This document shows, in pieces, positions 36,135 to 45,028 of a DNA stretch of 64,000 nt. The position numbers and the translations under genes are program-made. The number at the start of each line of letters is the position of its first letter. The first letter of the stretch is position 1. The DNA lies in the NCBI GenBank assembly GCA_035568235.1, contig DATMOK010000027.1, positions 11,132 to 75,131 of the forward strand, in the 5' to 3' direction. The notes under the pieces are model-generated. The model searched no databases. It was given only the letters and a program-made list of their open reading frames with translations, and was not told where the DNA came from. Origin of the DNA: Steroidobacteraceae bacterium. Its GTDB lineage: Bacteria > Pseudomonadota > Gammaproteobacteria > Steroidobacterales > Steroidobacteraceae.

Positions 36135-36566
36135 TCAGCTTGGCGCGGCGCGCTCCACCACGGCCATAGTCAGCCGCGAGACGCACACCAGGCGCTGCTG
36201 CTCGTCGCGGATCTCAATATGCCACACGTGACTCGTCCTGCCGAGATGAAACGGCCGGGCCGTTGCGGTGACGAGACCGGACGACACCTTGCGCAGGTGA
36301 TTGGCGTTGATGTCCTGCCCAAGCACCAGGCAGCTGGAATCGACGCACAGCATGGACGCCATGCTGCCCACCGTCTCGGCGAGCGCCACGGAGGCGCCGC
36401 CGTGCAGCACGCCGAAGGGCTGATGCGTGTGCTCGTTCACGGGCATGGTGGCGCGCAGGAAGTCGGGCCCGATCTCGACGATACGGATGCCGAGATGGCC
36501 GGGCAGCGTGCGGCTGCCGCGCTCCGTCAGCTCCTCGGGTGTGGTCGCCACGCGCCAGATGCTCAT
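36135..36566 (-). CDS. PaaI/YbdB-type hotdog-fold thioesterase
   Basis: The motif GVLHGGASVALAETVGS and the length (143 aa) are typical of the family. Confidence 0.8.
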   Translation of the reverse strand: MSIWRVATTPEELTERGSRTLPGHLGIRIVEIGPDFLRATMPVNEHTHQPFGVLHGGASVALAETVGSMASMLCVDSSCLVLGQDINANHLRKVSSGLVTATARPFHLGRTSHVWHIEIRDEQQRLVCVSRLTMAVVERAAPS

Positions 36567-36611
36567 GAGAGCTAGTCTAGCCGCTCACGCGGTGGCAATC
36601 TTCCCACCCTC

Positions 36612-37304
36612 ATGAGCGAGTTTGTCCTGCCACCTCCCGCCCTGCCGGCAGTGGCCGTCGAGGGCGGCGGGCGCTTCGCCGTGCGCCGCATCTACTGCGT
36701 GGGTCTCAACTACGCCGACCACATCCGCGAATTCGGGCGCGACCCCAAGGCCTCGCCGCCGGTGTTCTTCATGAAGCCCGCGGACGCCCTGGTCGCCAAC
36801 GGCGCGGCGATTGCGTATCCGCCGCGCACCGCGAATTTCCACTACGAGATCGAGCTGGTGGTGGCGATCGGCCGCGCGGGCACACGCATCGCGCCGGCGA
36901 GCGCGCTCGAGCACGTGTTCGGCTACGCCGCGGGCAACGATCTCACCCGGCGCGACCTGCAGAAGGCGGCCAAGGAGCGCGGTGATCCGTGGGACATAGC
37001 GAAAGGATTCGATCAGTCCGCTCCGGTCGCCGCCATTCGCCCGGCGAGCCGCGGTCATCTCACCCGGGGGCGCATCTGGCTGCGCGTCAACGGCGAGCGG
37101 CGTCAGGAATCTGACCTCGGTCAGATGCTGTACGACGTGCCACATCTCATCGCCGAGCTGTCGACGCTGTTCACGCTCCGGCCCGGCGATCTCATCTTCA
37201 CCGGTACACCCTCGGGTGTCGGGCCGGTGCAGCCCGGCGACCGGCTCGAGGGCGGGATCGAAGGACTCGAAGTGCTCACCAACACCATCGTCGCACAGCC
37301 ATGA
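36612..37304 (+). CDS. Fumarylacetoacetate hydrolase (FAH) family protein, short form (fumarylpyruvate/FAHD-like)
   Basis: The 230-aa sequence has FHYEIELVVAIG and GDLIFTGTPSGVG. It overlaps the downstream isomerase gene (ATGA). Confidence 0.85.
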   Translation: MSEFVLPPPALPAVAVEGGGRFAVRRIYCVGLNYADHIREFGRDPKASPPVFFMKPADALVANGAAIAYPPRTANFHYEIELVVAIGRAGTRIAPASALEHVFGYAAGNDLTRRDLQKAAKERGDPWDIAKGFDQSAPVAAIRPASRGHLTRGRIWLRVNGERRQESDLGQMLYDVPHLIAELSTLFTLRPGDLIFTGTPSGVGPVQPGDRLEGGIEGLEVLTNTIVAQP

Positions 37305-37945
37305 AGCTCTATCATTTCTTCCGCAGCTCGGCCTCCTACCGCGTGCGCATCGCGCTCAACGTCAAGGGCATCGCCTACCAGGCGGTGGCAGTCGACCTGC
37401 GGCCACAGGTCCACGGGCAGCGCACACCGGAGTTTCTCGCGCTCAACCCGCAGGGGCTCGTGCCGGTGCTCATCGATGGCGAGCACACGCTCACGCAGTC
37501 GCTGGCGATCATCGAGTATCTCGAGGAGACTCACCCGCAGCCGCCGTTGCTGCCGCGGGATCCGACGGCCCGGGCCCGGGTGCGCGCGCTGGCGCTCGAG
37601 ATCGCCTGCGAGATGGCCCCGCTCAACAATTCCGGCGTGCTCGAGCACCTGCGTGGGGCGCTGAAGATGGATGACGCCGCGGTGAATGCCTGGTACGCCC
37701 AGTGGATCGCCCGCGGCTTCCACTCTCTCGAGCAGCAGGCAGGCAAGACGAGCGGCGACGGCCGGCACATGTTCGGCTCCGGGGTGACGCTCGCCGACGT
37801 GCTGCTCGTGCCGCAGATGTACAACGCGCGGCGCTTTCACTGCGATCTCGCTCCCTATCCGCAGCTGCGCGCGATCGCCGCGCACCTCGAGACGCTGCCG
37901 GCATTCGCCCGCGCGGCACCGGAGCTGCAGGAGGGTGCGCAGTAG
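37301..37945 (+). CDS. maiA: Maleylacetoacetate/maleylpyruvate isomerase (zeta-class GST)
   Basis: The N-terminus LYHFFRSSASYRVRIALNVKG and LNPQGLVPVL are typical of GST zeta. Confidence 0.85.
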   Translation: MKLYHFFRSSASYRVRIALNVKGIAYQAVAVDLRPQVHGQRTPEFLALNPQGLVPVLIDGEHTLTQSLAIIEYLEETHPQPPLLPRDPTARARVRALALEIACEMAPLNNSGVLEHLRGALKMDDAAVNAWYAQWIARGFHSLEQQAGKTSGDGRHMFGSGVTLADVLLVPQMYNARRFHCDLAPYPQLRAIAAHLETLPAFARAAPELQEGAQ

Positions 37946-37948
37946 GAA

Positions 37949-38512
37949 TCAACCGGCGGAGGTGGCCCGCCGCACGAATGCCACGTAGCCCGCGAGGAAC
38001 TGCTTGAGCTGCTCCTCGACGCCCGCATCCTTCAGGTTACCGGCGTCATCGAACAGCGTGCTCGCCCGCGCGACCTGCAGCCGTCCGCCGGACCAGACCT
38101 GCGTGCCGAGCGTGCGCAGCACCGGCAGCCATGCCGCCTGCGACAGAATCGTTCCGAAGCCACCGGGAGAGGCGCCGATGATAGCGAACGGCCGGCCGCC
38201 GAATACGCGCCTGGCATCCGTGTTGGGGCGCGACAACCAGTCGATGGTGTTCTTGAACACGCCCGGAATGCTGTTGTTGTACTCAGGCGTTACGAGCAGC
38301 ACGCCGGCGGCGGCCACTACCGCCTCCTTGAGCTGCGCTACGGCCGCAGGGATTCCCTGCGCCTCGACGTCGCCGTCATACAGCGGGATGCCGCGGATGC
38401 TCGCCACCTCGAGGCCCGCATCGTCCGGCATGAGCCGGGTCGCCGCGCGCAGCAGGCTTGAGTTGTAGGAGCCGCGGCGCAGGCTCCCCGAGATCCCGAG
38501 CAGCTTGAGCAT
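37949..38512 (-). CDS. NADPH-dependent FMN reductase
   Basis: Family motifs are LLGISGSLRRGSYN and LLVTPEYNNSIPGVFKNTIDWLSRP. The gene lies 13 nt downstream of argH and has its own AGGAGG Shine-Dalgarno. Confidence 0.85.
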   Translation of the reverse strand: MLKLLGISGSLRRGSYNSSLLRAATRLMPDDAGLEVASIRGIPLYDGDVEAQGIPAAVAQLKEAVVAAAGVLLVTPEYNNSIPGVFKNTIDWLSRPNTDARRVFGGRPFAIIGASPGGFGTILSQAAWLPVLRTLGTQVWSGGRLQVARASTLFDDAGNLKDAGVEEQLKQFLAGYVAFVRRATSAG

Positions 38513-38525
38513 CGCGCCTCCTGTG

Positions 38526-39710
38526 TCATTCCCGCAGCTTGGCCGCCACGCGCCGGTACGCCTCGCGGAACGGGATGCCCTCGCGCACCGCCAGGCGGTT
38601 GGCTTCCTCGGCCGCGTTGATCGCCGGATCGAGTCTGATCGCTTCGCGGTTGAATTGCATCGCAGCGATGGCGGGCGGCAGGATCGCGAGCGTCTCGAGG
38701 CCTAAGTCGATGCCGCGGAACAGCGGGAACTTGACGAGCTGCAGGTCGCGGTTGTAGCCGGAGGGGAGCTTGGCGCACACCGCGAGTGCCTCGATGAGGC
38801 ACGCCTGCGCGGTGGCGGAGCGGGCGCGGATGAGCTCGAATACGTCCGGGTTGCGCTTCTGCGGCATGATCGAGGAGCCGGTGGTGAAGGCCTCCGGGAG
38901 CGTGAGAAAGCCGAACTCGCGCGTGGCGTACAGCAGAACGTCGGCGGCGAACCGCGACAGGTCCTGCATGAGGAGCGTGATCTCGAAGAGCAGCTGCGCC
39001 TCGGCCTTGCCGCGCGACAGCTGTACGGCGGTCACCGGCTCCTGCACTGCCGCGAAACCGAGCGCGGCGCGCGTCGCCTCGCGGTCGATGGCAAGTCCGG
39101 GGGTGCCATAGCCGGCCGCGCTGCCGAGCGGATTGCGCGACACGCGGCGCGACACCGCGGTGAGGCCGGCGGCATCATCGCGCAGCTCGGCCGCGAATCC
39201 CCCGGCCCACAGCGGCACCGAGCTCGGCATGGCCTGCTGCATGTGCGTGTAGCCGGGCAGCGCGGTCGCGGCCTCGCGGATCCCGAGCTCATCGAGCGCA
39301 TCCGCCACCTCGAGCGCGCCGGCGCTTAAGTCCTCTATGGCCTCGCGCAGGTACAGGCGGATGGCGGCGAGCACCTGGTCGTTGCGCGAGCGCCCGAGGT
39401 GGATGCGCGCTCCGGCGGCGCCGATCCGCTCGGTGAGCCGCCGCTCGAGCGCGGTCTGGCCGTCCTCGTCCTCGAGCTCGACGTGCCACAGGCCGCGCGC
39501 GTGCTCATCGGCCAGCGCCACGAGCGCCGCGCGGATCGCATCGAGGTCATCGAGCGACATGAGCTGGCAGGCATTGAGCATCTCGGCGTGCGCGATCGAG
39601 GCGCGCACGTCGTAGCGCACCAGGCGCTCATCGAGCGCGTAGTCCTCGCCGGCGGTGTAGCGCAGCACACGCTCATCGAGCGGGGCGCCCTTGTCCCAGA
39701 GACGTGTCAT
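38526..39710 (-). CDS. argH: Argininosuccinate lyase
   Basis: The ATG at 39710 overlaps the argB stop (ATGA). The fumarate-lyase signature GSSIMPQKRNPD is present, as is the N-terminal MTRLWDKG. Confidence 0.9.
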   Translation of the reverse strand: MTRLWDKGAPLDERVLRYTAGEDYALDERLVRYDVRASIAHAEMLNACQLMSLDDLDAIRAALVALADEHARGLWHVELEDEDGQTALERRLTERIGAAGARIHLGRSRNDQVLAAIRLYLREAIEDLSAGALEVADALDELGIREAATALPGYTHMQQAMPSSVPLWAGGFAAELRDDAAGLTAVSRRVSRNPLGSAAGYGTPGLAIDREATRAALGFAAVQEPVTAVQLSRGKAEAQLLFEITLLMQDLSRFAADVLLYATREFGFLTLPEAFTTGSSIMPQKRNPDVFELIRARSATAQACLIEALAVCAKLPSGYNRDLQLVKFPLFRGIDLGLETLAILPPAIAAMQFNREAIRLDPAINAAEEANRLAVREGIPFREAYRRVAAKLRE

Positions 39711-40642
39711 GAGGTGCTCTGCTGCTCCGCCTGGGTGAGGGCGTTGATGTCGGAGACGATGAGGGTTCCGGTCCCCTCGTTGGTGAACACCTCCCCGAGG
39801 ATGCCCTCCGGGGCGCGGTACGACACCACGTGCACGCGGCGTACACCGCCGCGCAGCGCGTCCTCGATCGCCCTGGTCTTCGGCAGCATGCCGTCGGCGA
39901 TCCGTCCCGCTTCGCGCAGACGCTTCAGGCCCGCCAGATCGGTATAGGAGATGAGCGAGCCGGGGTCGCTGACGGAACCCAAGATGCCCGGCGTGCCGGT
40001 GCACAGGATCAGCTTCTCGGCATCGAGCGCCGCGCCGATCGCGGCCGCCACCGTGTCGGCGTTGATGTTGAGCAGCGTGCCGCTCTCATCCGCCGACAAG
40101 GGGCTCACGACCGGCATGAGGCCGTTGTCGAGCAGCTTGCGGATGACCGTAGTGTCGACCGCATCGATGTCGCCGACGAAGCCGTAGTCGACGGGCGGCC
40201 CGTCCTCGCTCACGCGCACCGGCGGGCGCTTGTGGGCGCGCACCAGCCCGGCATCGACGCCGCTGATGCCGACCGCATCGACGTTGAGGTCGCGGCACAT
40301 GGCGAGCAGCTGCGTGTTGATGAGGCCGTTGAGCACCATCGCCGTCACGTCGATCGAGCGCGCATCGGTCACCCGGCGTCCATCGACCATCTGCGTCGGC
40401 ACGCCGAGCGCGGTGGCGAGCTCGGTGAGCTGCGGCCCGCCGCCGTGCACCAGCACCACGCGCACGCCGAAGTAATGCAGGATCCCGATCTGCTCGACCA
40501 GCGTGCGGGTCAGGTCGCGCTCGGCGAATACTCCGCCGCCGGCTTTCACCACGAAGGTCTTGCCCTTGTACATGCGGATGTAGGGTGCGGCGCTCTTCAG
40601 GGCGCGGATCGCGAGAGTCTGGTCGCCTCGATGCATGATCAT
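39707..40642 (-). CDS. argB: Acetylglutamate kinase
   Basis: The N-terminal region reads AAPYIRMYKGKTFVVKAGGG and the amino-acid kinase fold motifs VLVHGGGPQ are present. 311 aa. Confidence 0.9.
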   Translation of the reverse strand: MIMHRGDQTLAIRALKSAAPYIRMYKGKTFVVKAGGGVFAERDLTRTLVEQIGILHYFGVRVVLVHGGGPQLTELATALGVPTQMVDGRRVTDARSIDVTAMVLNGLINTQLLAMCRDLNVDAVGISGVDAGLVRAHKRPPVRVSEDGPPVDYGFVGDIDAVDTTVIRKLLDNGLMPVVSPLSADESGTLLNINADTVAAAIGAALDAEKLILCTGTPGILGSVSDPGSLISYTDLAGLKRLREAGRIADGMLPKTRAIEDALRGGVRRVHVVSYRAPEGILGEVFTNEGTGTLIVSDINALTQAEQQSTS

Positions 40643-40656
40643 TTGCGGAGTTTTCC

Positions 40657-41661
40657 TTACGCTTCGGGCTTCAACAGTCGGTGCAGCACGGCCATCTGCA
40701 CGTTAAGCCGGTTGGCCGCCTCGCGCTGCACGGCGCTGCGCGCTCCGTCGAGCACCTCGTCGGCGATCGCGGTGTTGCGCCGTACCGGCAGGCAGTGCAG
40801 GAGGCGGCAGTCGCGCGCGGTGCGGGTAAACCAGTCGTCGCGCACGCACCAGCTCTTGAGCGTGCTGCGCAGGCGCGCATCCCCCGCCGCATCGCCGTAG
40901 CAGGCGGTCGCGCCCCACTCCTTGACGTACAGGATGTCGGCTCCCTCGAGTGCCTCGGCGCGCTCGGTCGTCTCGCGTACCGAGCCGCCGGCGGCGGCCG
41001 CAGCTGCCTGCGCGCGCTCCATGACGGCAGCGGGAAGCGCGAACCCTTCCGGGCGCAGCACGGTGACCTGCATGCCGCGCATGGCCGCCATATGCAGCGC
41101 CGCCGCGGGAACCGCCAGCGGCAGGGCGCGCGGATGCCACGCCCAGGAGAGCACGAAGCGCCCGCCGTGCGGCACGCCAAGATCATCGATCGTCTTCCAG
41201 TCGGCGAGCGCCTGACACGGGTGATCGAGCGCCGACTCGAGATTGACGAGCGGCTTCACCGTAAGCTCCGCCATGGCATTGAAGGCGGTCTCGGCGAGAT
41301 CGCTCTCGAGCGTCCTGCCTTCGGCGAACTGGCGGATGCCGAGCACGTCGCAGTAGGAGCTGAGCACCGGGATCGCCTCACGCACGTGCTCGGCGGCCGC
41401 GCCATCCATCACCGCACCGATGCGGGTCTCGAGCTGCCAGCTGCCCTGTCCCGGGTGAATGACGAACGAGCTCCCCCCGAGGCGCGCCATCGCCGCCTGG
41501 AACGAGGCGAGTGTGCGCAGCGAGGGATTGAACATGAGCAGGCCCAGGATCTTGCCGGCGAGCGCCTGCGGCTCAGGCGAGCGCTGCAGGCGCCGCGACA
41601 ACTCCAGCAGCGACAGCACCTGCTCGCGCTTGAGCTCGCTCAGGGAAACGAAGCGTTTCAC
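40657..41661 (-). CDS. argF': N-acetyl- (or N-succinyl-) ornithine carbamoyltransferase (ArgF' type)
   Basis: The GTG start overlaps the argD stop (GTGA). It has FNPSLRT and HCLPVRRN rather than the canonical OTCase motifs. It resembles the Xanthomonas AOTCase as I recall it. Confidence 0.8.
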   Translation of the reverse strand: MKRFVSLSELKREQVLSLLELSRRLQRSPEPQALAGKILGLLMFNPSLRTLASFQAAMARLGGSSFVIHPGQGSWQLETRIGAVMDGAAAEHVREAIPVLSSYCDVLGIRQFAEGRTLESDLAETAFNAMAELTVKPLVNLESALDHPCQALADWKTIDDLGVPHGGRFVLSWAWHPRALPLAVPAAALHMAAMRGMQVTVLRPEGFALPAAVMERAQAAAAAAGGSVRETTERAEALEGADILYVKEWGATACYGDAAGDARLRSTLKSWCVRDDWFTRTARDCRLLHCLPVRRNTAIADEVLDGARSAVQREAANRLNVQMAVLHRLLKPEA

Positions 41662-42860
41662 GGATCGAGATCCTTGAGCGCATCGCGCAGCGCATCCACG
41701 TGCTGCTCCTCGAGAATGTAGGGCGGCAGGAGCCGCAGCACATTGGGGTCGGCTGAGGTGCCGGCGAGGATGCCGCACTCGATGAGCTCGGCATGGATGT
41801 CCTTCGCCGGCCGCCGGGTGCGCAACCCCAACAGCAGCCCGACCCCCTGCACCGCAGTCACGGGACCCACGATGCAGGTGCGGCGGATGTAGGCACTGAG
41901 GCGCCGCACGCGCTCGATGAGCTTCTGCTCGCGCATCGCCGCCAGCACCGCGTTCACCGCCGCGCACGCCATCGGCCCGCCGCCGAAGGTGGTGCCGAGC
42001 GACTCGACTTTGAGCGAAGCGGAGACCAGCGGCGACATCATGAGCGCGCCGACCGGAAAGCCGTTGCCGAGCGCCTTGGCGGCGGTCAGCATGTCGGGCC
42101 GCACGCCGTAGAGATTGGCCGCGAATGGCTCGCCGCTGCGGCCCATGCCGCACTGCACCTCATCGAATATGAGGAGCGCTCCGACCTCATCGCAGCGCGC
42201 GCGCAGCGCCGCAAGGAACGGCGCGCCGAGCGCTACCGCGCCGGCGACCCCCTGCACCGGCTCGACGATCACCGCCGCGGTGTCGCGGCTCACCTGGGCG
42301 GTGATCGCGGCGTGGTCGCCGCGCGCAATGAAGCTGACCTCGAACGGGGTGCGCGGATAGCCATACCACTTGGCCTGTGCTCCAAAGGTGACCGCGCCCG
42401 CACCCGCGGTGCGGCCGTGGAAGGCACCCTCGATGGCGGCGACGTGCGCGCGGCCGGTCATGCGCAGCGCCACCTTGAGCGCGTTCTCGTTCGCCTCCGC
42501 TCCCGAGTTGACGAAGAACACGCTGCCAAAGGGGAGCTTCGAGAAGCGCACCAGACGGCGTGCGGCCTTGGCGCGCACCTGCATCGCGACCGCATTGCTC
42601 TGAAACTGGCACTCCTGCGCCTGCCGGGCGAGCGCGGCCGTCCACTCCGGATGCCCGTAGCCGAGAGCTGCGACCGCATGTCCGCCGTACAGATCGAGCA
42701 GCCGCTCGCCGCGGCTGTTGGTGAGCCACACACCCTGGGCGGAGGCCACCTCGAGCGGGTATTGGGCGAACACCTGCGCCTGAAAGTCGCGCTGCGTGGG
42801 CTTCAGCGTCCTGCGCGTGCCACTCGCCGTGGCGGTCGCGGTCGGAGTTTTCTTCGGCAT
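41658..42860 (-). CDS. argD: Acetylornithine (acyl-ornithine) aminotransferase, class III PLP enzyme
   Basis: I chose the ATG at 42860. Family motifs are LYGGHAVAALGYGHP, FVNSGAEANE, LIFDEVQCGMGRSG and a TAAK Lys region. Confidence 0.85.
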   Translation of the reverse strand: MPKKTPTATATASGTRRTLKPTQRDFQAQVFAQYPLEVASAQGVWLTNSRGERLLDLYGGHAVAALGYGHPEWTAALARQAQECQFQSNAVAMQVRAKAARRLVRFSKLPFGSVFFVNSGAEANENALKVALRMTGRAHVAAIEGAFHGRTAGAGAVTFGAQAKWYGYPRTPFEVSFIARGDHAAITAQVSRDTAAVIVEPVQGVAGAVALGAPFLAALRARCDEVGALLIFDEVQCGMGRSGEPFAANLYGVRPDMLTAAKALGNGFPVGALMMSPLVSASLKVESLGTTFGGGPMACAAVNAVLAAMREQKLIERVRRLSAYIRRTCIVGPVTAVQGVGLLLGLRTRRPAKDIHAELIECGILAGTSADPNVLRLLPPYILEEQHVDALRDALKDLDP

Positions 42861-42871
42861 GGGGCTCGCCT

Positions 42872-43957
42872 TCAGGTCCAGCCGGGCGCGGGCTGCGTGA
42901 GACCCGAGGTCTCGGGCAGGCCCAGCATCCGATTCATCCATTGCACGGCGCCGCCCGCGGCGCCCTTCACCAGGTTGTCGATCGCGCACATGACGGCGAT
43001 CGTGCGGCCATCACTCACCGCCGCGAGGTGCGCGTAGTTGCTCGCGGCCACCTCCTTAACGTGCGGCGCGCGCTCGGCGACCCGCACGAAGGGGGCGCGC
43101 GCGTAGTACTCGCGCAGCGCGCCGCGTGCCGCCGTCGTGTCGAGCGCGCGCTTGAGCGGCGCCTGCACGGTAACGTATATGCCGCGCGCGAAGGGTCCGG
43201 AGTGCGGCACGAAGGCGAGCTGCGGCTCGACTCCCGTAGCCGAGCGCGCGCAGGCGACGATCTCGGGAGCGTGGCGATGGTCGAGGGCGTTGTAGCCGTA
43301 GAGATCCCCATGGCGCAGCGGGTGATGCGTCCCGTCGACGGGCTTGCGCCCCGAGCCGGTACTGCCGGTGACGCCGCTCGCAAACAGCGTGGGCTCGGCG
43401 AGCCCGAGGGCGAGCAGCGGCACCGAGGCGAGCAGCACCGCGGTCGCGAAGCACCCCGGGTGGCCCACGTGTGCCGTCGGCAGCTGCGCCAGGTGCTCGG
43501 GCAGCGCGCAGGTGAAATCCTTAATTAGCCCCGGGGCGCCGTGGGCGTGGCCGTAGACTTGCGTGTAGGCATCCGCCGAGGCATAGCGGAAGTCAGCCGA
43601 GATGTCGACCACGCGCGCACGGGTGCCGCTGCGCGCGCAGCTGCCGAGCAGTTGATCGACGAGACCCGCCGACACTCCGTGCGGCGCCGCCGAGAACACC
43701 GCCGCGGTGCGGCTCTCGGCGATGCGGCGCGCAGCTTCCGCGAGACTTGTGAAACGAGTCTCCGGGTAGGCGACCGCCAGATGCGGAAACGCCCCCGCCA
43801 CCGGCTCACCGGGCGAGCCGTCGGACATCACGGCGGCGAGCTCAAGCTGCGGGTGGCCGGCGATGAGGCGCAGCAGCTCGCCTGCCACATAGCCGGTGCC
43901 GCCCAGCACCACGGTCGGGACCGCCCCGGGGGACGCGCTCGCGCTGCGCTCGCTCAT
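42872..43957 (-). CDS. argC: N-acetyl-gamma-glutamyl-phosphate reductase
   Basis: The Rossmann motif is VLGGTGYVAGELLRL and the catalytic Cys context is GHPGCFATA. Its start overlaps the stop of the upstream unknown gene (ATGA). Confidence 0.9.
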   Translation of the reverse strand: MSERSASASPGAVPTVVLGGTGYVAGELLRLIAGHPQLELAAVMSDGSPGEPVAGAFPHLAVAYPETRFTSLAEAARRIAESRTAAVFSAAPHGVSAGLVDQLLGSCARSGTRARVVDISADFRYASADAYTQVYGHAHGAPGLIKDFTCALPEHLAQLPTAHVGHPGCFATAVLLASVPLLALGLAEPTLFASGVTGSTGSGRKPVDGTHHPLRHGDLYGYNALDHRHAPEIVACARSATGVEPQLAFVPHSGPFARGIYVTVQAPLKRALDTTAARGALREYYARAPFVRVAERAPHVKEVAASNYAHLAAVSDGRTIAVMCAIDNLVKGAAGGAVQWMNRMLGLPETSGLTQPAPGWT

Positions 43958-45018
43958 GCGGCCGCCGCGGCGCTTAGGCCCAGCGCTTCAATCACGCGGT
44001 CGCCGAGTGCGGCCGCGTTGCTGATCGCGTTGCAGGCCGCGACGCCCATCTGGCGCGTGATGATCTCTATTCCCACCTGGTTATCGGTAGCAGGTCCCGT
44101 GACGACACACGGCTCGATGTGAAAGCGCTCGCGCAGCAGCTGCACGCCGCCCCAGGCCGCCACCGGATCGTTCGCCGACAGCACCACGCCGCTGAGCGCG
44201 ATGCGGATGTCGGGGCACTCGAGGATGGCGTCCACGCCGTAAGTGCCGAGGATGCCGTCGCCGAGCTCGAACACCACCACGTCGGGCTTGCCGGCCGCGA
44301 GCTCGCTCAGCATGGTGCGGGTGAGCGCCGGGCCGTTGCTGCGGGTGGTGCTGATTACTCCCAGATCCGTGAAGATGGCGCAGCGCCGCGCGCCCGCATC
44401 CTCCATGGCGAGGATGTCACGCCGCAGTGAGACGCCGGTGGCCTTGAAGGCATCCACCGTCAGCCCGCGGTGGCGCATGCGCGCGATGATGGCGCAGGCG
44501 GCGGCGGTCTTGCCGGCTTCCATGCAGGTGCCGGCCAGTGCTACCACCGGCACGCCGCGCGTGTCGAGCGCGGCGTTCACATCGAGACGCTGGTAGCCGG
44601 CACGCGCCGGCACGCCGATGCGCTCGCCGAGATAGGGGAAGTTGAGCGCCACGCCGAGAACGCGGCAGTCGAACGGCTTGCCCTTCTCGGGATTGATCGA
44701 GTCGCAGATGCCAAGCACGCCGCCGATGTTGAGCATCTGCAGAACGTCACCAGGCCTGACGGACTCGGGCACGTGGCCGGAGTAGCCGAACAGCGCCTGG
44801 CGGTGCCCGAGCGCCCCGGCGACGATGTCGCCCTTGCCGACCTTGGCCATGCGCCCGGAGACCAGCTCGAGCGTGTTGTAGGTCGATTTGTTGTTGAGCA
44901 CTTCGACCACGACCACGACGCCTTCTTCCGCCGGGATATCGGCGGCGATGCGTACCTCGTGCGACAGCTCACAGGCCTGGGTGACCGAGGCGAGCTTGTC
45001 GACGATGATGCTGCGCAT
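43954..45018 (-). CDS. Uncharacterised protein: an unassigned N-terminal domain plus a P-loop-like C-terminal domain resembling DUF1611/DgcN
   Basis: 354 aa. The ATG at 45018 lies 10 nt after the argG stop, with AGGAGA upstream. The motifs are GTCMEAGKTAAACAIIARMRHRG...FKATG and DVVVFELGDGILG. Codon bias matches the neighbouring genes. The function is not established. Confidence 0.7.
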   Translation of the reverse strand: MRSIIVDKLASVTQACELSHEVRIAADIPAEEGVVVVVEVLNNKSTYNTLELVSGRMAKVGKGDIVAGALGHRQALFGYSGHVPESVRPGDVLQMLNIGGVLGICDSINPEKGKPFDCRVLGVALNFPYLGERIGVPARAGYQRLDVNAALDTRGVPVVALAGTCMEAGKTAAACAIIARMRHRGLTVDAFKATGVSLRRDILAMEDAGARRCAIFTDLGVISTTRSNGPALTRTMLSELAAGKPDVVVFELGDGILGTYGVDAILECPDIRIALSGVVLSANDPVAAWGGVQLLRERFHIEPCVVTGPATDNQVGIEIITRQMGVAACNAISNAAALGDRVIEALGLSAAAAA

Positions 45019-45028
45019 GCTGACCACG

